A model generated the notes under the pieces. It searched no databases, was not told the DNA's origin, and worked only from the letters and a program-made list of their open reading frames with translations. From an uncultured Bacilli bacterium (lineage in GTDB: Bacteria > Bacillota_I > Bacilli_A > RFN20 > CAG-826), in assembly GCA_944349595.1 (NCBI GenBank), contig CALVNF010000002.1:4386-68385 (forward strand): DNA of 64,000 nt, read 5' to 3'. The translations under genes were made by a program, and so were the position numbers. Positions 47,785-58,187 of the stretch are shown here, in pieces (the first letter of the stretch is position 1; every line of letters begins with the position of its first letter).

Positions 47785-48912
47785 TTATTTTAAAATATTA
47801 CTTAATTTACCATTTAAAGGAAGATAAAAAGTGTTATCTTCCTTTTTATATTTTCCATTAAAATAATTATTTTTTAATTTTGTATAAAGAATACAAGGAT
47901 TATATTTTTCAAATAACATAACTTCAATTTCTTTTATAATTTTTAAAAAATATTGAGGTTTTGCAGAGTTTTTTAAAATTTTAATCGAATTTAGATATAT
48001 ATTTTTGTTTTTTTGGTAATAAGAAAAATAACCGATTATATTGTTTTTTTCATATATTAAGTAATAAATATAATTGTTATGAAATTTGTTAATTTCAAAC
48101 AAATTAAATAAGTTAAAGTAATCATTTTTATTTAAACAAATTTTTAAACTTAAATCAGTATTTTGTATTTTTCTAAATTCATATTCATCCCACAAACCAA
48201 TATGATCGTAATTACTAATCATTGTTAAAAAATTTTCATGAGATTCTGGAAATTGTTTATATATTGAATTTAATAGTTCTTTAACATCTTGTCTTTGAGT
48301 TAATTTATCGGCAGGACAGTTTGAAGAAATTGTAACAATATCATTTTCTTTAACACATCTTATTATATCTTTTTCAAAAACCAATATTAGAGGTCTAATG
48401 AAAGTAATTTTTTCTCTTGTCAAAAACATTTTTGGAGAAAAAGTGTCAATTCTTCCACCAGATATTTCATTCATAAATAATGTTTCTATTGCATCATCGG
48501 CGTGATGAGCAAAAGCAACTTTATTACATTTATATTTTTTAGCTGCTTTATTAATAATTGCTTTTTTCATTTTAGAACAAATTGAACATGGTAAATGATG
48601 GTTTTCTTTAGTATTTAATTTTAAAATTTGATATACATTTTTAGCATCATAAATTTTTAAATTATAACCAAAAGAAGAAAGATATTTTATTATAGGTTCA
48701 GGATTAAAATTATCAAATCCTAAATCTATCATAATTGGAACTATTTTAAAATTATTAAAAGAAAATTTAGAATAAAAATGTAAAGCGTAAAAAAGAAGCA
48801 TTGAATCTTTTCCACCCGAAATTCCAATTGCAATTTTATCTTCATTTTCAATTAAATTAAATTTTTTATCAGCTGTTCTAATGCAAGCTAAAATCTTTTT
48901 TATAGAATTCAT
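47785..48912 (-). CDS. PP-loop ATPase, TtcA-like tRNA 2-thiocytidine synthetase family, with a C-terminal extension containing a repeat copy
   Basis: PP-loop ISGGKDS. CSICSKMKK and C-x-K-V-A-F-A-H-H-A-DD (the CxxC/GHHxDD pattern of TtcA). The ORF is about 60 aa longer than typical TtcA. Assignment to TtcA rather than TilS is moderate. Confidence 0.55.
   Translation of the reverse strand: MNSIKKILACIRTADKKFNLIENEDKIAIGISGGKDSMLLFYALHFYSKFSFNNFKIVPIMIDLGFDNFNPEPIIKYLSSFGYNLKIYDAKNVYQILKLNTKENHHLPCSICSKMKKAIINKAAKKYKCNKVAFAHHADDAIETLFMNEISGGRIDTFSPKMFLTREKITFIRPLILVFEKDIIRCVKENDIVTISSNCPADKLTQRQDVKELLNSIYKQFPESHENFLTMISNYDHIGLWDEYEFRKIQNTDLSLKICLNKNDYFNLFNLFEINKFHNNYIYYLIYEKNNIIGYFSYYQKNKNIYLNSIKILKNSAKPQYFLKIIKEIEVMLFEKYNPCILYTKLKNNYFNGKYKKEDNTFYLPLNGKLSNILK
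47945..47974 (+). repeat. Copy D of the dispersed ~30-bp repeat, in-frame inside the 3' part of the TtcA-like ORF (antisense to it)
   Basis: aaaaaatattgaggttttgcagagtttttt, translated on the minus strand as ...ILKNSAKPQYFL... Confidence 0.8.
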
Positions 48913-48934
48913 AAAAATATGTTAACATAAAAGC

Positions 48935-49804
48935 ATGGATTTGAATGGTATTTTCTTAATAAATAAAGAAAAAGGTCTTTCTTCAAGAAAAATAGATGAT
49001 TTATTAAATAAAAAATTTAATATTAAAAAAAGCGGTCATTTAGGAACTCTTGATCCTTTTGCAAGTGGATTATTAATAATTGCCGTTAACAAGGCGACAA
49101 AATTATTACAATTTATTAATGATGATATTAAAGAATATGTTGCAGTATTAAAATTAGGTGAAAAAACAGAAACTTTTGACACGGAAGGTGAAATTATTGA
49201 AAAAAAACCTGTAACAAATTTTAGTAAAAATGATATTTTAAATGTTTTTAAAGAATTAAAAAATATTACAAAATTGGTTCCTCCAATTTATAGTGCAATT
49301 AAATTTAAAGGTAAAAAATTATATGAATATGCATTAAAGAAAAAAGAAATTAATTTAAAAGATTTTGAACGAGATGTAAAAATTTATGATTTAGAATTAA
49401 TTACTTTTACAAATGATGAAATAAAATTTAGATGTATTGTTTCAAAAGGTACTTATATTAGAAGTTTAGGCGTTTTAATTGCTGAAAAATTAAATAATAT
49501 TGGTTATTTAACATCATTAGAAAGAACTAAAATAGGAAATTTTAGTTTAAGTGAAGCAAAAACAATAAATGAAGTTAAAGAAAGTGACTTAATTCCATAT
49601 AACAAAGTATTAACAAATTATTTTAAAGTTAAAGTTGATGACGATCTTATTAATATTATAAAAAGTGGTAAAAAATTTTATTTAAATGGTGATTTTTATG
49701 ATTATCCAGATAAAATTTTAATTGTTGATAATAATGATAATTATTTAGCAATATATAAATATTCAGAAAGCAATATTTATCTTCCATTTAGAGGACTGTT
49801 TTAG
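48935..49804 (+). CDS. truB: tRNA pseudouridine(55) synthase
   Basis: SGHLGTLDPFASGLL catalytic Asp motif. Confidence 0.9.
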   Translation: MDLNGIFLINKEKGLSSRKIDDLLNKKFNIKKSGHLGTLDPFASGLLIIAVNKATKLLQFINDDIKEYVAVLKLGEKTETFDTEGEIIEKKPVTNFSKNDILNVFKELKNITKLVPPIYSAIKFKGKKLYEYALKKKEINLKDFERDVKIYDLELITFTNDEIKFRCIVSKGTYIRSLGVLIAEKLNNIGYLTSLERTKIGNFSLSEAKTINEVKESDLIPYNKVLTNYFKVKVDDDLINIIKSGKKFYLNGDFYDYPDKILIVDNNDNYLAIYKYSESNIYLPFRGLF

Positions 49805-49893
49805 TATAATATTTGGGCAACTTAGTCTTGGGATTAAAAGTCTCCGATTTTATTCTAGGATTAAGCGTTGAAATCAAGAAAGGAGAAAAGAAA

Positions 49894-50160
49894 ATGTTAT
49901 CAAAACAAGAAAAAGCCAAAATCGTAAAAGAATTTGGAAAAAACGAACATGATACAGGTTCTGATGCAGTTCAAATTGCTATTTTAACAGAAAGAATTAA
50001 ACAATTAACTGCACACTTAAAAGTTTCAAAAAAAGATGCGTCTGCTAGAAGAGGTCTTATGATACTTGTTGGTCAAAGAAGAAGTTTATTAAGACACTTA
50101 GCTGAAAAAGATAGAGATGCTTATGTTGAACTTTTAGTTAAACTTGGTATTAGAAAATAA
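49894..50160 (+). CDS. rpsO: 30S ribosomal protein S15
   Basis: MLSKQEKAKIVKEFG...GLMILVGQRRSLLRHL. The start is chosen at the ATG at 49894. An 80-nt structured leader lies upstream. Confidence 0.95.
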   Translation: MLSKQEKAKIVKEFGKNEHDTGSDAVQIAILTERIKQLTAHLKVSKKDASARRGLMILVGQRRSLLRHLAEKDRDAYVELLVKLGIRK

Positions 50161-50164
50161 GATT

Positions 50165-50194
50165 AAAAACCTAGATTAATATCTAGGTTTTTTT
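50165..50194 (+). terminator. Rho-independent terminator after rpsO
   Basis: aaaacctagat-taat-atctaggttttttt. Confidence 0.75.
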
Positions 50195-50254
50195 ATTAAA
50201 TATTAATTTAAAGTGTTATAATTATAGAGTTATTTTTAAGGAGAATTAGTTTAG

Positions 50255-52438
50255 ATGAAAAAAGTATTCGAATTTGAATTCGAAGGAAGAAAATTGGTTG
50301 TTGAAACTGGTGAAATTGCTAAACAAGCAGATGGTGCTGTTTTTGTAAGATATGGTGATACTGTTGTTTTGTCTACAGCTTGTGTTAGTGATTTACCAAA
50401 AGAAGGAGATTTCTTTCCTTTAACTGTTACTTATGAAGAAAAACAATATGCTGTTGGAAAAATTCCTGGTTCATTTTTAAGAAGAGAAGGCAGACCAGGA
50501 GAACATGCTACTTTAACTGCAAGATTAATTGATAGACCAATTAGACCAATGTTTGCAGATGGATTTAGAAATGAAGTACAAATAATTAATACTGTTATGT
50601 CAGTTGATCAAGATTGCACTCCAGAAATGACTGCAATGTTTGGTTCGAGTTTAGCTTTATGTATTTCAGATATTCCATTTGATGGTCCAATTGCAGGTGT
50701 TTATGTTGGAAGAGTTGATGGTAAATTTATTATTAATCCAACTGTTGAACAAATGGAAAAATCTGATATTAACTTAGCGGTTGCTGGTACAAAAGATGCA
50801 ATCAATATGGTTGAAGCTGGAGCTGCTGAAGTTAGTGAAGATGATATGCTTGATGCATTAATGTTTGGTCATGAAGCTATTAAAAAATTATGTGAATTTG
50901 AAATTCAAGTTGCAAAAGCAATTGGAAAGGCAAAAAGAGAAGTTGATTTATATAAAATTGATGACTCAATTAAACTAGATATTGATTCAAGAATAAAAGA
51001 TCAAATGATCAAGGCTATTTCAATTCATGATAAATTAGAAAGACAAGATGCTATTGATCATCTTAAAAAAGTAATCATTGATGATTACGATTCAAGACAA
51101 TATCAAAATGAAAAAGAACATATGCAAGCAATGTTAATGGTCAATGACTATTTAGAACAAATGGTTGCAGATGAAGTTAGAAGATTAATTACTGAAGAAA
51201 AAATTAGACCTGATGGCCGTAGAATTGATGAAATTAGACCATTAGATGCTCAAATTGATTTACTTCCAAGAACACATGGAAGTGCAATGTTTACAAGAGG
51301 ACAAACTCAAGTTATTTCAATTACAACGCTTGGACCAAAAGATGATGAACAAATTATTGATAATTTAACTCCAGAAGAAAGTAAAAGATTTATTCATCAT
51401 TATAATTTTCCACCATTTAGTGTTGGAGAAATTGGAAGAACTGGGACTCCAGGAAGAAGAGAAATTGGTCATGGCGCTTTAGGTGAAAGAGCATTATCTT
51501 ATGTAATTCCAAGCGAAGATGAATTTCCATATACAATAAGAGTTGTTTCTGAAGTTGTTGAATCAAATGGTTCTTCTAGCCAAGCTTCAATTTGTGCTGG
51601 ATGTATGTCATTAATGGCAGCTGGCGTTCCAATTAAAGATGTAGTTAGCGGAATTGCCATGGGATTAGTTACAAGTGGACCACTTGATGGAAAACATCCT
51701 TATACAATTTTAACTGATATTCAAGGTTTAGAGGATCATTTTGGTGACATGGACTTTAAAGTTGCAGGTACTAAAAATGGTATTACAGCTTTACAAATGG
51801 ATATCAAGATTAAAGGTATAACTAAAGAAATTTTAAAAGAAGCACTAGCTCAAGCACATGGAGCAAGAGCTCAAATTAGAGAAGTTATGGAAAAAGCAAT
51901 TGCTGAACCAAGAAAAGAAGTCTCTAAATATGCTCCAAAATTTGCTGTTATGTATATTAACCCAGATAAGATAAAAGAAGTTATTGGTTCTGGTGGTAAA
52001 GTAATAAATGATATTATTGAAAAATGTGATGGAGTAAAAATTGACATTTCTGATGATGGTAGAGTCTTACTTTATCATATGAATAAAGAATCAATTGAAA
52101 AAGCTAAACAAATGATTGATGATATCGCAAGAGAAGTTCAAATCGGAGAAGTCTTTGACGGTGTTATTACAAGAGTTGAAGATTATGGAGCTTTTGTTAA
52201 TTTATTTGGATCTACTGATGGTTTATGCCATGTATCTCAATTATCAAATGACTATGTAAGTAAAGCTAGTGATGTAGTTAGAGTTGGCGAAAAATTGCAA
52301 GTAAAGGTAATTGGAATTGATGATAATGGAAAAATTAAATTATCTCATAAAGATTTCTTAGAAAAAAATAAATCTGATGATAATAAACCAACAGAAAAAA
52401 CTAAGAAAAAAGGTTTCTTTAAAAGAAAAGATAAATAA
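50255..52438 (+). CDS. pnp: Polyribonucleotide nucleotidyltransferase (PNPase)
   Basis: Two RNase PH domains plus KH and S1 domains ([30 protein letters not shown]). Confidence 0.95.
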   Translation: MKKVFEFEFEGRKLVVETGEIAKQADGAVFVRYGDTVVLSTACVSDLPKEGDFFPLTVTYEEKQYAVGKIPGSFLRREGRPGEHATLTARLIDRPIRPMFADGFRNEVQIINTVMSVDQDCTPEMTAMFGSSLALCISDIPFDGPIAGVYVGRVDGKFIINPTVEQMEKSDINLAVAGTKDAINMVEAGAAEVSEDDMLDALMFGHEAIKKLCEFEIQVAKAIGKAKREVDLYKIDDSIKLDIDSRIKDQMIKAISIHDKLERQDAIDHLKKVIIDDYDSRQYQNEKEHMQAMLMVNDYLEQMVADEVRRLITEEKIRPDGRRIDEIRPLDAQIDLLPRTHGSAMFTRGQTQVISITTLGPKDDEQIIDNLTPEESKRFIHHYNFPPFSVGEIGRTGTPGRREIGHGALGERALSYVIPSEDEFPYTIRVVSEVVESNGSSSQASICAGCMSLMAAGVPIKDVVSGIAMGLVTSGPLDGKHPYTILTDIQGLEDHFGDMDFKVAGTKNGITALQMDIKIKGITKEILKEALAQAHGARAQIREVMEKAIAEPRKEVSKYAPKFAVMYINPDKIKEVIGSGGKVINDIIEKCDGVKIDISDDGRVLLYHMNKESIEKAKQMIDDIAREVQIGEVFDGVITRVEDYGAFVNLFGSTDGLCHVSQLSNDYVSKASDVVRVGEKLQVKVIGIDDNGKIKLSHKDFLEKNKSDDNKPTEKTKKKGFFKRKDK

Positions 52439-52444
52439 TTAGAT

Positions 52445-52474
52445 TGAAAAACTCTTGAAAAGAGTTTTTCTTTT
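52445..52474 (+). terminator. Rho-independent terminator after pnp
   Basis: gaaaaactctt-gaaa-agagtttttctttt. Confidence 0.75.
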
Positions 52475-52618
52475 ATATAAGTAATTTTTTGGTAATTTAA
52501 TAGTTAATTTTTAGTAATTAAATAATGAAAATTTAGTAATATTTTTTCATATATCTTTATTTTTCTATTAAAATACAAAAAGATAAGATATAATAATCAA
52601 GAAAGAAAACATATAAAT

Positions 52619-53206
52619 ATGAAATTATTAATTTGCTCTGATTTACACGGCTCAAGAAACGCAGCTAAAATTGTAACTTATTTGATGGAAAAATATGATT
52701 TTGATAAATTAATTTTGCTTGGAGATTTGTTATATAATGGTCCAAGAAACTATGTTGAAAAAGATTATGATCCTTCTTTTGTTTACAAAGAATTAAATAA
52801 ATTTTCTGACAAAATTATTGCTTGTAAAGGTAATTGTGAATCAGATGTCGATTTAATGGTATTAAATTTTAAAATGCCAATTTTTAATAGTTTTAAAAAT
52901 GATAATTATTTATTTTATTTAAATCATGGACATATAAATGAAATAAAACTTGAATCAAATATTGATAAAAATGAAATATTAATGTCAGGTCATACTCACA
53001 TTCCATTATTTAAACATTCTAAAAATGGTGGAATTATATTAAATCCTGGTTCTATGACCTTTCCAAAGGGTTCTATTGATAAAAGTTTTATGATTATGGA
53101 TGATGATGATTTATATTTGATTGAATTTGATTATGATGAAAATGACAATTATATTGTAAAAAATAAATATAAATTTTCAGATGGTGATAGAATTTTTGAA
53201 AGGTAA
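52619..53206 (+). CDS. Metallophosphoesterase (YfcE/MJ0936-like)
   Basis: MKLLICSDLHGS, GDLL, GNCE and GHTH motifs. Confidence 0.7.
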   Translation: MKLLICSDLHGSRNAAKIVTYLMEKYDFDKLILLGDLLYNGPRNYVEKDYDPSFVYKELNKFSDKIIACKGNCESDVDLMVLNFKMPIFNSFKNDNYLFYLNHGHINEIKLESNIDKNEILMSGHTHIPLFKHSKNGGIILNPGSMTFPKGSIDKSFMIMDDDDLYLIEFDYDENDNYIVKNKYKFSDGDRIFER

Positions 53207-53211
53207 TTGAT

Positions 53212-54900
53212 ATGGGAGATAAGATTCGATTTGTTGCTTTAGGCGGTTTAGATTCTAATGGTAATAATTGTTATTGTTTAGAAATAAATGGTGACATTTT
53301 TGTTATTTCTGCAGGTATTGGATATCCTGATAAGTTTGCTTCAGGAATTGATTTTATAATTCCAGATTTTTCTTATTTAGTAGAAAATAAAGATCGTGTC
53401 GTTGCATACTTAATAAGTCACGGACATGATGATACTTTAGGAGCAATAACTTACTTATATGAAAAAGTTAAAGCACCAATTTATGCTTCTAAATTTACAA
53501 AATATTTATTGCAACAATTATGTAAACAAAGAAATGTTAATTTTGATAATTATGATGTGAGAGAACAAGAACCATCAAGTGAATTTTATGTAAAAGATCA
53601 CAAAATTAGATTTTTCCAAATAACTCATAGTCTACCAGAAACTTCTGGAATTGCTATCTCTACTAGTGAAGGAAACGTTGTTTTTTCAGGTGATTTTATA
53701 ATTGAAAGTAGTGGTAATAAATATTTTAATTTTGATTTTAAAGCATTAGCAAAATTATCTGAAGAAAATAACTTTTTATTATTAATGGATTCTTTAAATT
53801 CATCAAAAACTGGATATACAAGTCCAAGTCATCGAGTTTCAAGTTATGTAAGACATGCATTAAATGACTGTAATGGAAGATTGTATGTTTCAGTTTATTA
53901 TCAAAATATTTATAATTTTATTGAAATTATGGATGAATGTATAAAATCAAATAGGTATATTTGTTTTTATGATGAAGAGACATATGAAATTTATCATTCA
54001 ATATCAAGTCTCGGAATATATAATGTTGATCCACAATTTATTATACATGTTGACGATATTTCAAAATATAAAAATTCATCAATTTGCATTATTATTTCTG
54101 GAATGGGCGATTTACTTTATAGAAAAATTTCAATGCTTGCTTTAAAAGACATTTCCGAACAAAGATTTTATATTTCAGAGGATGACACATTTTTACTATT
54201 AACTCCAGCAGCTAGTAATTTTGAAGTTTTAGCAGTTTCTTGTTTAGATGAACTTTATAAAACCGATTGTAATGTTATTAATATTTCACGTAAACAAATT
54301 AAAAAGATGCATCCAAGCGAAGATGATATCAAACTTTTTATATCTTTAATTAATCCAAAATATTACATTCCAGTTAAAGGAGTCTATCAAGATTTAATTG
54401 CAAATGCTGAAGTTGCCGCTTCAATGAAAACAGGATTATCTCATAAAAATATTTATTTATTAGATAATGGAACAGCTATTGATTTTGTCAATGGAGAGAT
54501 TAAATTAAATTACATTGAAAATGATAAAGTAAAAGTTGGTTACTTAATGGTTGACGGAATTGGTGTTGGTGATGTCGAAAGTGGAATTATTTTGGAACGA
54601 AACAAATTATCAGAAGAAGGTATTGTTGTTATGTCATTATTGGTTTCATTATCTGCGAAAAAAATAATTGGTGGTCCAGATATTCAAATGAGAGGATATT
54701 TATATTTAAAAGAAAGCGAAACAATATTAAAAGGAATTGAAAATTTATTTATTGAGACCGTTAATAAATATTTAGAACAAGAAAAACCATTTAATAAAAA
54801 TGAATGTATTAGTGAAATTAAAGAATTAGTTTCAAAATATACAAGAAGAACAACACTAAGATGTCCAGTTATTGAACCTGAAATAATTTTGGTCGATTAA
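53212..54900 (+). CDS. rnj: Ribonuclease J family (metallo-beta-lactamase/beta-CASP), degenerate zinc motif
   Basis: GGLDSNGNNCYCLE and the beta-CASP architecture. The canonical HGHEDH motif reads HGHDDT here (last His replaced by Thr). Confidence 0.7.
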   Translation: MGDKIRFVALGGLDSNGNNCYCLEINGDIFVISAGIGYPDKFASGIDFIIPDFSYLVENKDRVVAYLISHGHDDTLGAITYLYEKVKAPIYASKFTKYLLQQLCKQRNVNFDNYDVREQEPSSEFYVKDHKIRFFQITHSLPETSGIAISTSEGNVVFSGDFIIESSGNKYFNFDFKALAKLSEENNFLLLMDSLNSSKTGYTSPSHRVSSYVRHALNDCNGRLYVSVYYQNIYNFIEIMDECIKSNRYICFYDEETYEIYHSISSLGIYNVDPQFIIHVDDISKYKNSSICIIISGMGDLLYRKISMLALKDISEQRFYISEDDTFLLLTPAASNFEVLAVSCLDELYKTDCNVINISRKQIKKMHPSEDDIKLFISLINPKYYIPVKGVYQDLIANAEVAASMKTGLSHKNIYLLDNGTAIDFVNGEIKLNYIENDKVKVGYLMVDGIGVGDVESGIILERNKLSEEGIVVMSLLVSLSAKKIIGGPDIQMRGYLYLKESETILKGIENLFIETVNKYLEQEKPFNKNECISEIKELVSKYTRRTTLRCPVIEPEIILVD

Positions 54901-54928
54901 AAACGCTGCAAAACTTTAAAATTTTTAT
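54901..54928 (-). repeat. Degenerate copy F of the dispersed repeat, immediately after the rnj stop
   Basis: Plus strand aaacgctgcaaaactttaaaattttt, matching the reverse complement of the consensus at roughly 24 of 31 positions. Confidence 0.5.
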
Positions 54929-54973
54929 TTTTATGTCTATAAATTATATCAATACTTTGATATAATTTTATTT

Positions 54974-57850
54974 ATGAATAGATTAAAAAATAAAATAAAA
55001 AATAAACATTTAAAAATACTATTTGGAATAATAATTTGTTTGTTTTCCGTTTTGGGCTTAATTAATTACTCTTACGTTTCAGGTGGTATTACTTACGCTT
55101 TTGTTTTTTTGTTTGGTAATTTATATTTTTTAATTTTTGCAATATTAATTTTTCTTGGAATTTGTTTGATTATACAAAATGAAAAATTTAAAAAAATTAA
55201 ATGGAATTTTGTATTCACTGGGCTAATTTTATTATTCTTTGGAATCTTAGTTGCAATAAATATTCCACTTATTAATGATAAATCTTTGATTTTAAATAAT
55301 TTTTCAAGTTACTTTTTGGATACTATAAAATTTACTAACGGCTCTGTTAATGTCTTTAATTTTGATTTAGGCGGTGGCTATATTGGCATTTCTTTAGCTT
55401 GTTTATTTAATACAATTTTTACATCAAATATTGGAACAATAATAATTTGTGCTTTATTAATGTTTTTAAGTTTATTCTTTTTGCTTTATAAACCAATAAA
55501 ATTATTGATTATATTTTTTGTAAATAACAACAAAAAAGAAAAAACTGAAAAAATTGAATTGAAAGATAATAAGATTGTCGAAAAAACTGATTTTAATAAT
55601 GATGAAACCAATGAAACAAGTTCAAATGATAATATTGAAAATTCATCAGATTTAAATTTAAATCAAGTCGAAGCTAAATCAAATGATATAGAAACTCAAA
55701 CGAGTATTCCAAACTATAATAATGATTATGGCTCTCATAAAATTTATGAAGATGAATCTATTTCCCCTTTATCTTTAGAAAATGAATTTAAAAAACAAAA
55801 TGAAGGAGAAATTACTCTTTCTTCATTTCCATGTGATGCTTTTGAGGATAAAAATTTAACAAAAAATCAACCTATTAATTCTAATTTATCTTTAAACAAG
55901 AACAATGTTTCAAATTCAAATGATGATTTTAAAACAAAATATGATAGTGTTTTTAATTTAAAAGAACACGAAAATGAGTTTAAAAAAGAAGAACTTAATA
56001 ATGCAAATTTAAATAATAACATCGATAATAACGTTACTTTAGATCAAAATAATGAAAGTGTTAGTGTTAATATAGATTCAACAAACAATTTTATTAATGA
56101 AGAATTAAATATTTCAAAAAATATCACAAATGATTCAATTGAAACTAAACAACAAGATGAAAAAGATGATTACAAGAAGAATGATGAAAATAATAATAAC
56201 GAAAATGTTACTGATCAAAACGTTTTAAGAGAAGAAAAGAAAACAAACGAATATATGAATATTTTTAAATCAAATGAAAATAATCAAAATACAACTCCAA
56301 ATAATAATTTTACAAATGATACTAATTTAAAAACCGAAAATAACGAATATGTAGATCCATATAAAAATTTTAAGCCAATAGATCCTAATAAAGTTTTAAA
56401 GGATGTAGTTATTGATAATAATGAACTACAAGAAAATATTGAACTTGCTGAACAAATTAAAGAAAAAATTAATGAAAAATTTTCTCAACTTAATATAAAG
56501 GCAAAAGCTGTATCTTATACAATTGGACCTTCAGTTACTCGTTATGATATTGCACCTGATGCAAATGTTTCAATTGGAAGTTTAGATCGATATTTAGATG
56601 ACATTTCAATGAGTTTGGCTGGACGTAAAGTTAGATTTGAAAAAATTGTTTTTGGAAAAACAACTTCAAGTTTTGAAATTCCAAACTCCAAAAGTACTGT
56701 AGTTCCATTTAAAGAAATATTCGAGGCAATGCCAAAAATTGATAAAAGAAGTTTAATACTTCCTTTTGGAAAAGACATAAATGGTGATTTTGTTTTTGGT
56801 GATTTAGTTAAATTTCCTCATCTTTTAGTTTGTGGTCAAACCGGGAGTGGTAAATCGGTTTTAATTCACTCATTCTTAGTTGCTTTAATGATGAGATATT
56901 CTCCAAAAGAATTAAAATTCATTTTTGTCGATCCAAAAAGAGTTGAACTTGGACAATACAAAGATTCACCACACTTACTTTGTCCAATTTTAAAAGATAT
57001 GCAATATGCAAAACAATTACTTGATAAATTAATTCAAGAAATGGATCATAGATATATTTTATTTGAAGAAGTTGGTGTTAGAGACATTTTTGATTATAAC
57101 GAATATATGGAAACAATAAATGGTGCAACTATACCTTATATTGTTTTAGTTATTGATGAATTTGCGGATTTGATTGAAACAGATCGCACCATTCAAAGTG
57201 ATGTTGTAAGATTGGCTTCAAAGGCAAGAGCTTGTGGTATTTCAATGATTATTGCCACTCAAAGACCAAGTGCAGATGTAATTTCTGGTTTAATTAAATC
57301 TAATATTCCTGCTCGTGTTGCATTAAGTGTCAAAGATTCAATTAATAGTAAAATTATTCTTGATGAAGTCGGAGCTGAATCGCTTTTAGGACATGGTGAT
57401 ATGTTAATTTCTAGTATGGAAATGTCAAGGAATGGCTTATTAAGAGTTCAAGGAAGTTTTATTAGTACAGCAGAAATTAGAAATGTTGTGCAAGAATTAA
57501 AATCAAAATATCCTGTTATTTATGATGAAAACTTCTTGAATTTAGTTGAAAAAGCCGAAAATATGCAAACAAGCGAAAACGTAAGATATGGAGAAGAAAA
57601 TGTTACTCCTAGAAAAGAACAATCTGATCCTTTATATGAAGAAGTTAAAGAATTAGCTTTTTCTCGTGATTTAATGTCAATTAATTACATTATTAGAAGT
57701 TTTGGAGTTGGTTTTAATAGAGCTGGTAAATTATTTTCAATGCTCGTAAAAGAAGGAATTGTTGAAGATAATGGAAGCAATACTAAAGCAAGTAAAGTTT
57801 TAGTTCATTCACAAGAAGAATTAAATGATAAAATGTCTGGAGAAATTTAA
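54974..57850 (+). CDS. ftsK: DNA translocase FtsK/SpoIIIE
   Basis: N-terminal TM helices, an N/D-rich linker, the motor domain (GQTGSGKSV, VLVIDEFADL) and a C-terminal gamma wHTH. Confidence 0.9.
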   Translation: MNRLKNKIKNKHLKILFGIIICLFSVLGLINYSYVSGGITYAFVFLFGNLYFLIFAILIFLGICLIIQNEKFKKIKWNFVFTGLILLFFGILVAINIPLINDKSLILNNFSSYFLDTIKFTNGSVNVFNFDLGGGYIGISLACLFNTIFTSNIGTIIICALLMFLSLFFLLYKPIKLLIIFFVNNNKKEKTEKIELKDNKIVEKTDFNNDETNETSSNDNIENSSDLNLNQVEAKSNDIETQTSIPNYNNDYGSHKIYEDESISPLSLENEFKKQNEGEITLSSFPCDAFEDKNLTKNQPINSNLSLNKNNVSNSNDDFKTKYDSVFNLKEHENEFKKEELNNANLNNNIDNNVTLDQNNESVSVNIDSTNNFINEELNISKNITNDSIETKQQDEKDDYKKNDENNNNENVTDQNVLREEKKTNEYMNIFKSNENNQNTTPNNNFTNDTNLKTENNEYVDPYKNFKPIDPNKVLKDVVIDNNELQENIELAEQIKEKINEKFSQLNIKAKAVSYTIGPSVTRYDIAPDANVSIGSLDRYLDDISMSLAGRKVRFEKIVFGKTTSSFEIPNSKSTVVPFKEIFEAMPKIDKRSLILPFGKDINGDFVFGDLVKFPHLLVCGQTGSGKSVLIHSFLVALMMRYSPKELKFIFVDPKRVELGQYKDSPHLLCPILKDMQYAKQLLDKLIQEMDHRYILFEEVGVRDIFDYNEYMETINGATIPYIVLVIDEFADLIETDRTIQSDVVRLASKARACGISMIIATQRPSADVISGLIKSNIPARVALSVKDSINSKIILDEVGAESLLGHGDMLISSMEMSRNGLLRVQGSFISTAEIRNVVQELKSKYPVIYDENFLNLVEKAENMQTSENVRYGEENVTPRKEQSDPLYEEVKELAFSRDLMSINYIIRSFGVGFNRAGKLFSMLVKEGIVEDNGSNTKASKVLVHSQEELNDKMSGEI

Positions 57851-58170
57851 TGGAAGTTGGAATTGATATTGTTGAATTAGAACACATTAAAGACGAAAAA
57901 TTATTAGCGAGTAAAATATTAAGTGATTCGGAATTTTTATTGTATCAAAAAAAAGAAAATAAATTACAATTTTTGGGTGGTAGATTTGCTGCAAAAGAAG
58001 CCTTAATTAAAGCTTTAGGATTGAGTATTCTTGGAACAAATTTAAAAGATATTGAAATTTTAAATAAAGAAAATGGAAAGCCATATCTTATATATAAAAA
58101 TAAAGAATACAAAGTTTCCATTTCTCATGAAAAACATTGCGCAATTGCAATTGTAATTGATGAAAATTAA
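57850..58170 (+). CDS. acpS: Holo-[acyl-carrier-protein] synthase
   Basis: MEVGIDIVELEHI...GGRFAAKEALIKALG. Confidence 0.85.
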   Translation: MEVGIDIVELEHIKDEKLLASKILSDSEFLLYQKKENKLQFLGGRFAAKEALIKALGLSILGTNLKDIEILNKENGKPYLIYKNKEYKVSISHEKHCAIAIVIDEN

Positions 58171-58187
58171 AAAAGAAGAGGTGAATT

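Noticed and set aside
49805-49893. GC-richer segment upstream of rpsO considered as a tRNA or small RNA
   Set aside because: No cloverleaf or T-loop (GTTCRANYC) consensus. It is best explained as the structured rpsO 5' leader.
54974-57850. N/D-rich low-complexity middle of FtsK as a separate gene or repeat element
   Set aside because: It is the usual non-conserved FtsK linker between the membrane and motor domains. It stays in frame and is flanked by conserved FtsK modules.
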